Origin: Salpingoeca rosetta
Taxonomy: Eukaryota > Protista > Choanoflagellata
Assembly: GCA_033442325.1 (NCBI GenBank)
Contig: JAWQFM010000013.1
Location: 78,381 to 88,432 of the forward strand
Length of the DNA stretch: 10,052 nucleotides
Direction of reading: 5' to 3'
The position numbers were made by a program, and so were the translations under genes. The notes beneath the pieces were generated by a model that was not told the origin of the DNA, did not search any database, and was given only the letters and a program-made list of their open reading frames with translations. Positions 1 through 10,052 of this stretch are shown piece by piece. Position 1 is the stretch's first letter. Every line of letters begins with the position of its first letter.

Positions 1-53
1 CGAGGAGCGTTAATAGCATTGGCGCTGTACACCGAAGGAGTAGAAGCGGGCAT
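1..53 (-). CDS. probable N-terminus of retrotransposon Gag (MPASTPSVYSANAINAP...), truncated by the window edge
   Basis: First ATG downstream of the PBS, with the frame open to base 1. The assignment is positional; no Gag motif is visible in 17 codons. Confidence 0.5.
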   Translation of the reverse strand, partial: MPASTPSVYSANAINAP

Positions 54-124
54 CGTGACCTGATAAAGGTTGGATAGTTGGGAGGTATACAGAGAGATAA
101 GCGGGTGAGAATCGTAGAAACGAC

Positions 125-135
125 AATCGCTACCA
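125..135 (-). other. primer-binding site, initiator tRNA-Met type
   Basis: Plus-strand aatcgctacca equals minus-strand TGGTAGCGATT. The first 8 nt match the yeast Ty1/Ty3 tRNAi-Met PBS (TGGTAGCG), and the site lies 2-5 nt inside the LTR end. Confidence 0.75.
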
Positions 136-140
136 AGTGT

Positions 141-536
141 TGTGATGTGACTGGTCTGTGTGTGTGTAAGAGTGTTTGACTGGGACTTAGAGTAGGGTCT
201 TGCTGTATACTGTGCGGGAGACGTAGTCGCAAGTAAAGAAGACAGGGTAATAGGATAGGGCGATGAGATAAGTGGAGTGATAAGATAAGTGACAACAATC
301 AAGCAAGGAAAGTAGAGGCAGGCACAAGGTCAAGAGAGACGAGCAAGGGGGTCGGATCTTGGGTGTTGGTGTCCTTGGTGAGGAGTGGTAGTTCCGTTCT
401 GTTGTGTGGTTCGGAATCTGTGTTGGTCCTGAACTCCGGGAGGACTATGCCTTGATACCCTTAAGTTCGGCCTTGACACTCCTTCACGACACTTAAGTTC
501 AGGATTTGTATTGTAGTGCTGTCTCACTACATCACA
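141..536 (-). repeat. 5' long terminal repeat (~396 bp) with 8-bp terminal inverted repeats
   Basis: Plus-strand tgtgatgt (141-148) and acatcaca (529-536) are perfect reverse complements and give canonical TG...CA ends next to a PBS. An alternative inner boundary is 138 (...CACAACA, leaving a 2-nt spacer before TGG). The partner LTR is not in the window. Confidence 0.72.
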
Positions 537-1064
537 GGTCCAAGAGAAGACAGAAAAGAAGGCGAGCAACAACGACAACCCAACAACGAAGAACAAGGAA
601 CACGTTTCACTTGTGAGGCAGGTGCGTGCCTTCAGTGTGCAACAGGGTGTGCATCATGATGCCATTCAAACACCCCGATTGCATATAACCAACCCTGACG
701 GACGATGAGTGCGTGTGTGTGCGAGTCTGGCGAGTGTCACTGTTTGAGTTTGATTTATTGCTCTTTGGCGGACGTGGTTGTTTGGCTTTGGATTTCGTCC
801 TTCCATGAATTTTCGTCGCGTGTTGTTCCATCATTGTCTGACATGATGTGACGACCTGCTCCTATCCTTCCTTCCTTCATGTCAACACCCAAACTATGAT
901 GGGGATCTTCAGACACCGAGTCTTCCTCGACCGTCCATTGGCAGCAGCAAGGTAGCTCCTCGCCAGAAGGGCGTCGCAGACTTGTGCACGAGCACATCAC
1001 ACACATAGACGCCCCCCCCCGCTTCCCAAAGCCCAAAGTACTCCGCGCACCAAGACAACCAAGA

Positions 1065-4531
<3,467 letters not shown>

Positions 4532-5280
4532 CCAAGCAAAGAGGCCATTCGATGAAGAAGCTGAGCTTCCCATGCCTGAGCTCGCTCATGCCACTCTATT
4601 GTGCCCTGTCATTCTCCAACGACGCACCCTTCCGTGTCGTTCCAAGGCATGCGTGTCATTGTCTTCCGCACAACGTTTATTTTGTTTGTGTCTTATTCAT
4701 TCGCCTACCAACACACGGCACGGGCCTGTTTTGCGCCTCATTACGTTTGTGCGCACGTGCGTGATTCTCTTCATTGTCTTCTCCCCTCCTCCCTGTCCTT
4801 GCCGCCTCTTCTTCTCCCCTCCTCTTCTTCTTGTTTTCTTCTCCCCTCTTCTCTTCTCCCCCGTCTTCTTCTTCATTTCTGTTTTGTTTGCCTACACCTC
4901 ACCCGCCCTTGAAGGTGCTGGTAACCGACGACATGAACAGCCGTTGAGTGCTGCCGGCAGCTCGTGTTCTCTCCTTCAATCGAGCTGAACTTTTGTATTC
5001 TCTTCCCTCGCCCCCCCCCCACGCCTCTTGCTCCTTTGCTTTGGCGTTGCCGATTGCTACGTGCCACTGTGTCCCGTCGGCGGACTCATGTCTATCACCG
5101 ATTGGGATGACCTTCTTAAAGCATGCACGACGCCAATGCTGGGCAAACAGCTAACACATGTCAACAGAGCAAGAGCCGGCCTCCTTGGCAAATAAGATGA
5201 CAGAGGAGTGGGGGAAGAGGATGGTGGAAGACACACCAGTCAGTTATTAGAATAGAGGAAGAGAGGTCAAGTCCAGAGCC

Positions 5281-5312
5281 ACAGACACACACACACACAC
5301 ACACACACACAG

Positions 5313-5345
<33 letters not shown>

Positions 5346-5428
5346 CACACACACACACACACACACACACAGTCACACACACACACACACAGTCACACAC
5401 ACACACACACACACACGCACACACACAG
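5281..5428 (+). repeat. (CA)n microsatellite with four recurring CAGT interruptions
   Basis: (CA)n-GT-(CA)n blocks, lying ~8 nt beyond the stop codon of the minus-strand LRR gene. Confidence 0.97.
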
Positions 5429-5435
5429 ACTGTGA

Positions 5436-8069
5436 TCATGTTGCGGTTGCGGGCAGCACGACGTCGCGGAGCCAACGTGTACGTTGCTCAGTGGACATGG
5501 ATACGGCCTGCCATGAGCCGCGTCGGCCACCATCCACCTCAACCTTGATCACATCCACAGAGGGTCCAAGCGTTAGCAAGGGGCTTGCAGAGTGACACTT
5601 CCACAGCAGGCGTCCCACACGAGACACGCCACTCAAGTCAGCACCGTCACATCGTCGAATTTCAAGCGTGCCAATGTCGTTGATGGCTCTCACGCAAGTC
5701 AGCGGGCATGCTTCCAGCAGCACGTGGTTGCAGTCTCTCAGTGCAGTTACACCAAGGCGCGTCGTGCATGATGTGATTGTGACAGTGCTGGCTCGGTCAA
5801 TCGTCAGCGCGCCCGTCACACGTGCAATCTGAACCTGCGCACAGTCTCTCACAATCGGCGCGTCCTCAATGTGCACGTTCCACAAGTTCAAGCGGCACAG
5901 GTGCTTGAGGCAGCCCAGGCCTTTCACCACCACCACCACCACACCAAGTGCGCCATGCACACCGGCGTCACTCCCCTCACGTTCACGCTCCTCCTCGTCA
6001 TTGTCACTGGTCCTTGCACCTCCCTCGTCCTGCCCACGCTCCCGATGTGCACCAGGCCCACCTCCAAGGCCAAACAGCATGCTGTCCCAGTGCAGCCCAC
6101 GCCCACCACCATCACCATCACCACCAGTGTGTCCCTCGCCATCGTCGTCAGCGTCGTCATTGAGGGAAGCCACGCTGTGGATGTTGAGGTGTACGAGGGA
6201 TGACAGCGCGCGCACGTCAAGAACCCCTGCTGGTGCCTCTCGGTATGTGAGGTGGGTTAAGTGGGGCAGGGCAGCGAGCACGCTGGGGTCTGCCATGTAA
6301 GCGCCATCGACGTCGAGCCGCTGGAGCCGATGCAAGTGCTCAAGCCCACGCACGCTGCACGAGGCGGCCTCCAGCACCAGCGACTGCGCAGCGGCCAAGG
6401 CAGAGACATCCAGCTCTGCGGAGCGGGTGTTGTGGTACCACGCGATACCCACATGCTCGGCACCCACCGCAACGCCAAGGTTGGCCGCGGTCATCGTCAT
6501 CCGCGCACGCCGAGGACGCGCGGCGAACATATCAGCGCGCCGCAGACGACCCAGGTACAGCTCTGGATTGATGAACAGGTCGAGAGAATGGGGCGCGGAT
6601 GGAAGGCTCTCGAGCCCAGCGGGCAGCGTGAGGCCCTCAACTGCCAAGGACTTCAGCCGCGTGGAAGAGGTGGAGGGCGTGAAGCGAAACTCCTTGTTGG
6701 GGTGGCGCACGCTCACCTTGAGCAGGTTGGTCAAGTCGACAGACACGAGCTCCCAGCACGCCGATGCATCGAGCACGCGCAGGTTGGGGAGGGCACCGAC
6801 GGCGGTGATGCGCGGGCACACATTGAGGGTGAGCACACGTGCACTTGTCAGGCAGCTGATGTCGTGGACACCGCAGGAGCGGAGTGTGACGTGCAGCGAT
6901 TCACGAAGCGGCTCCATATCCATGTCTTCCAGCTCACTGTGTGCCTGCACTTCCACCGTTGGTACACCGACGAGTCCGCGCAGTGCAGAGTCGTGGCGCA
7001 GGTCGGATATGGTGACGCTGCTCAAGTCCTGTATGCGCTCGATGCGGCGAAGGTTGTGGCCGTGCGTGATCTCAAGCTCTTGGACATCTTGGATGTCGTG
7101 AATGTGCTCGATTGAAGACATGCCGACGACCAGGCGCCGAACACCAGATATGCCGGACACGACGGTGATGGTGCCTTCGAGTCGCAGCTGCTCGAAAGCC
7201 CATGGTGCCTGTCCTGGGCGGCGGCGAGCGGTAACGTCAGCATCGTTGCTCTGGTCGGCGCGGTTGTCGTTGCCGGGCTTTGCAGCTTCTCCTTCGTCGC
7301 GCGGTGTGGCGGAAGCGAACGCAGCCAAGGCGGCTTGTAGCTGCGACAGGCTCTCGGGCGTGTTGATGACGAAGGTGGCGTGTTGCACGGGCAGTATGCG
7401 TTGGAGGACAGATGACTCCGGCAGGGATCGGAGCATGCGAATCATCACGCGAGGCCGGTGCTTGCGTTGCTGCTCGAGCGCATCCATGCACTCCATGGCC
7501 TTGGCGAGGCGCCGGCACACTCCGGTCACGTTGGCAAACCGCAATTCCGCACACTGCAACACCACGCGCGGGGGCGGTACCACGCGCGCACGAACGGAAA
7601 GCCGCACAAGTCGGTGGAATCGCTCCTCGTGGGCAATGGCACCAAGGTGCCTGGTTATCAACCCAATTTGCCACCACACACCAATCCAGCTGTAGGCGTA
7701 GAAGCGGTCCTTGTTGAAGTCATACACACGAATACCCGCGGCTAGTGCGGCATCGTTGTCGTGCTCCTCCTTCTCGGTGTGTCCGCTGCATCCGTGAGTG
7801 TTGTGATGGGCACCGGTCTTCTCTTCACCATCACCACCGCCATAGCCATCACCATCGCCATCATCATCGTCATGCTGAGCATTTCTTGTCATTGGTCGGT
7901 CCCAACAAACGCCAGAGAGGGCGTGGAAGTCTCGCACGTGCTTCGGCAACAGGTATGGGAGGTTGTTGAACATGGCACGGCTGGCAAGCGAGAGCACCAT
8001 GATGTCTCGTGCGTTCTCCAGCTCTCTCGCCACCAGCGCCCATTCTGTCACAGCAAGCTGAGCAGCCAT
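5436..8069 (-). CDS. F-box-like / leucine-rich-repeat protein (877 aa), apparently single exon
   Basis: Uninterrupted ORF. The real start is most likely MAAQL at 8069, since the upstream HT run is a translated CA repeat. The N-terminal LAVTEWALVARELENARDIMVLSLASRAM resembles an F-box. Many LxxLxxLxL/V units are present, e.g. VGALPNLRVLDASAC, LEHLHRLQRLDVDG, LAALPHLTHLTY, DISCLTSARVLTLNVC. TGA at 5436-5438. Confidence 0.85.
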   Translation of the reverse strand: MAAQLAVTEWALVARELENARDIMVLSLASRAMFNNLPYLLPKHVRDFHALSGVCWDRPMTRNAQHDDDDGDGDGYGGGDGEEKTGAHHNTHGCSGHTEKEEHDNDAALAAGIRVYDFNKDRFYAYSWIGVWWQIGLITRHLGAIAHEERFHRLVRLSVRARVVPPPRVVLQCAELRFANVTGVCRRLAKAMECMDALEQQRKHRPRVMIRMLRSLPESSVLQRILPVQHATFVINTPESLSQLQAALAAFASATPRDEGEAAKPGNDNRADQSNDADVTARRRPGQAPWAFEQLRLEGTITVVSGISGVRRLVVGMSSIEHIHDIQDVQELEITHGHNLRRIERIQDLSSVTISDLRHDSALRGLVGVPTVEVQAHSELEDMDMEPLRESLHVTLRSCGVHDISCLTSARVLTLNVCPRITAVGALPNLRVLDASACWELVSVDLTNLLKVSVRHPNKEFRFTPSTSSTRLKSLAVEGLTLPAGLESLPSAPHSLDLFINPELYLGRLRRADMFAARPRRARMTMTAANLGVAVGAEHVGIAWYHNTRSAELDVSALAAAQSLVLEAASCSVRGLEHLHRLQRLDVDGAYMADPSVLAALPHLTHLTYREAPAGVLDVRALSSLVHLNIHSVASLNDDADDDGEGHTGGDGDGGGRGLHWDSMLFGLGGGPGAHRERGQDEGGARTSDNDEEEREREGSDAGVHGALGVVVVVVKGLGCLKHLCRLNLWNVHIEDAPIVRDCAQVQIARVTGALTIDRASTVTITSCTTRLGVTALRDCNHVLLEACPLTCVRAINDIGTLEIRRCDGADLSGVSRVGRLLWKCHSASPLLTLGPSVDVIKVEVDGGRRGSWQAVSMSTEQRTRWLRDVVLPATAT

Positions 8070-8104
8070 GACAACGGTGATTTGTTGTGTTGTGTGTCGT
8101 GCGT

Positions 8105-8252
<148 letters not shown>

Positions 8253-8437
8253 CTTTGATTGCGCCACATCTCATATCCTCACGTCATTTCCGGCACGCTG
8301 CCCGTTGTCCCCCCCCCCCCAAGGCGTGATGCGGCTGACTGGTGAAATCATGGACTCACTGTCCAAAAACCAGCGAAACTTTGCCCCACCTACCATCGGC
8401 ATTGGTGAGCGAACCGAAATGACTCGGATGCGTCGCA

Positions 8438-8545
8438 GTGTGTGTGTGTGTGTGTGTGCGTGCGTGTGCGTGCGTGTGTGTTGTGTGTGTTGTGTGCGTG
8501 CGTGTGTGTGTGCATGTGTGTGTGTGTGCTTGTGTGTGTATGTGT
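8438..8545 (+). repeat. imperfect (GT/GC)n microsatellite
   Basis: Degenerate GTGT/GCGT run. Confidence 0.93.
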
Positions 8546-8716
8546 GGTATTTCTGCGTTTTGTTCATCCACGCGCGGCTTCGTTCTCACATCAGCTCTGA
8601 CCACTCCCCATTGCAGCAACATACGGCATTGTGCATGCGGGGGACGATCTTCTCGCTGTACGTGTGACCACCTGCGCATGCATGCGCTCACATGCTGCAG
8701 CACCAGTGCGCGTGTA

Positions 8717-8816
8717 NNNNNNNNNNNNNNNNNNNNNNNNNNNNNNNNNNNNNNNNNNNNNNNNNNNNNNNNNNNNNNNNNNNNNNNNNNNNNNNNNNNN
8801 NNNNNNNNNNNNNNNN
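8717..8816. other. assembly gap (100 N, probably a placeholder of unknown true size)
   Basis: Exactly 100 N. Coding sequence enters the gap from the right and is not continued on the left. Confidence 0.97.
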
Positions 8817-10052
8817 CACCAGCACCTCGCTGAACACCATGCTCATCGTGCGCGCATCAAGATCAAGCGAGACAGACACGAGCGTCGGCGCGCGCGTGTC
8901 CTCGCCAAACACGGCCACCTGCTGGGCAGTCGCATCCGCGGCCGCCAGCGTGTTGCCAAAGTAGTCGTCCAGCAGCCCGTCCACAAACACAAACGTCGTT
9001 GAGGCGTTTGTGGCCAGTGCGCGCTTGGCCTGCAGGGCGAGGAAGTCGGCTGCAGTCATGCGCACGTACAGCACGCGGTCGTCGGCGCTCTGCGTCAGCG
9101 CACCGCCAGTCAGCGACAGCGTGAGGGCAGCGTCGGTTGCGTTTGCAGCGGCGCGCAGCTGGATGCGGGCGAAGTCGACCGTGCTGGCGTTGACAGGCTC
9201 AGAGAAGGTCAGAGCGAGATCGCCAGCAGTGAGGTTGAAGTCAAAGGACACAAGCGTCGGGGCAGCTGTGTCGGCGACAAACGCCAATGCCTGCTGTGGG
9301 CTGTCAGACGTGACAACCGCAACATCCAGGCCAGCAAAGTCGTCGAGGGCAGTGGCGTCCATGGTCAGGAACGTCGTGTCGCGCGTACGGGCAAGGCCAG
9401 GTACACGCAGCACCCCCAGCAGGTCCTCCACAGACAGGTCAATCACAACGTACAGCCCGTCTGTGCTGTTTGTTGTGCTCGACTGCAGGGCATAGCTTGT
9501 GCCGGCATTGACAAGCGCAATGCTCTGCACACGCAGGGTGCTCACGTCAACGACGTCGCTGAACGTCAGAGAGAGCGTGCCAGCAAGCATGTCCAGCTCG
9601 TAGGACACAAGCGCCGCGGGCGTCTCGTCCCTCTGGTACACGGAGCTGGGGCGCGCGTCGTTGGTTGGCACGGGCGCGTTCCAGTTCCCAGACATGTCCT
9701 GCACCGTTGCGTTTGTAGCGCTCAGGTACGTGTCTGCCTGTGCCGTGGCCAGGTTGAGGTTCAGCTTGAGCGACACTGTGTCGTCCTGCAGCAGGTCAAC
9801 ACGCACAACGCGCGAGCCCACATCGCCAGCCTCTGCCCGCACAAGCGACACAGCACCGCCCGTGAGCGTCACAGACTCAATCGCAGACGTGCGCGCGGCC
9901 TGCACCGTCAGGCCCGTTGGGTCGAAAGACTCGCCACGCACGGGCTCGTTGAAGGTGACAAGCAGCGTGCCGACATCAACGTCGAGGGTGAATGCGGCGA
10001 TGCGCGGGCTAGTCACATCAGCAACAATCGCAGACGCGTTGAGGGCGGCTGC
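8817..10052 (-). CDS. internal fragment (412 codons) of a large extracellular protein with tandem ~120-130-aa beta-sandwich (bacterial-Ig-like) repeats
   Basis: The frame is open from the window edge to the gap, with no start or stop. Four repeat starts align: DVTSPRIAAFTLDVDVGTLLVTFNEPV / DETPAALVSYELDMLAGTLSLTFSDVV / DTAAPTLVSFDFNLTAGDLALTFSEPV / DTRAPTLVSVSLDLDARTMSMVFSEVL. Each complete unit has LA...T(Y/F)(L/V)...DxxG(N/L). There are 7 N-x-S/T sequons, no Cys, and strong GC3 bias. Confidence 0.9.

Larger units (their letters stand above)
1..536 (-). mobile_element. 5' portion of an LTR retrotransposon (5' LTR + PBS + start of gag); the element continues beyond the left edge of the window
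   Basis: The minus strand reads TGTGATGT(536)...ACATCACA(141), then ACACT, then TGGTAGCGATT (PBS), ~70 nt of leader, and an ATG at 53 opening a frame that runs off the window. The segment is AT-richer and strand-skewed relative to the neighbouring genes. Superfamily (gypsy/chromovirus vs copia) cannot be read without pol. Confidence 0.8.

Noticed and set aside
48-62. Copia-style internal-tRNA PBS (CA-GGTCACGATGCCC) just before the ATG
   Set aside because: It is a poor match to GGTTATGGGCCC, and the TGGTAGCG site beside the inverted-repeat terminus is a much better PBS.
330-596. 88-aa minus-strand ORF with a hydrophobic N-terminus
   Set aside because: It has a non-ATG start and straddles the LTR boundary at 536; the hydrophobicity comes from a pyrimidine-rich flank.
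896-951. Alternative first exon of gene 1 (MMGIFRHRVFLDRPLAAA, donor AAG|GTAGCT)
   Set aside because: Phase-compatible acceptors (1054, 1063) are weak. It is possible but unsupported, so it was left out of the model.
5281-5428. CRISPR-like periodicity of the punctuated CA array
   Set aside because: There are no unique spacers or cas genes, and the context is eukaryotic.
5869-7745. Multiple plus-strand ORFs overlapping the LRR gene, and 9010-9495 overlapping the repeat gene
   Set aside because: They are antisense shadows of GC3-rich coding sequence with no recognisable motifs.

Overview
Eukaryotic, GC-rich, intron-containing DNA packed with (GT)n/(CA)n microsatellites. This style suggests a choanoflagellate such as Salpingoeca rosetta, which is an inference from composition only. 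From left to right: (1) the 5' end of a minus-strand LTR retrotransposon, with a ~396-bp LTR at 141-536 (TGTGATGT...ACATCACA termini), an initiator-Met-type primer-binding site and the start of a probable gag ORF leaving the window. (2) A multi-exon plus-strand gene at ~1065-4531 (~739 aa as modelled) with an N-terminal hydrophobic anchor, a long low-complexity linker and an unrecognised C-terminal domain; its 3' end may extend to ~5195. (3) A convergent, apparently intronless 877-aa F-box-like + leucine-rich-repeat gene at 5436-8069 (-), bracketed by complementary CA and GT tracts. (4) A 100-N assembly gap. (5) An internal piece of a large, Cys-free, probably extracellular protein built from tandem ~120-130-aa beta-rich (bacterial-Ig-like) repeats at 8817->10052 (-). 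Most other ORFs in the track are microsatellite or antisense artefacts.
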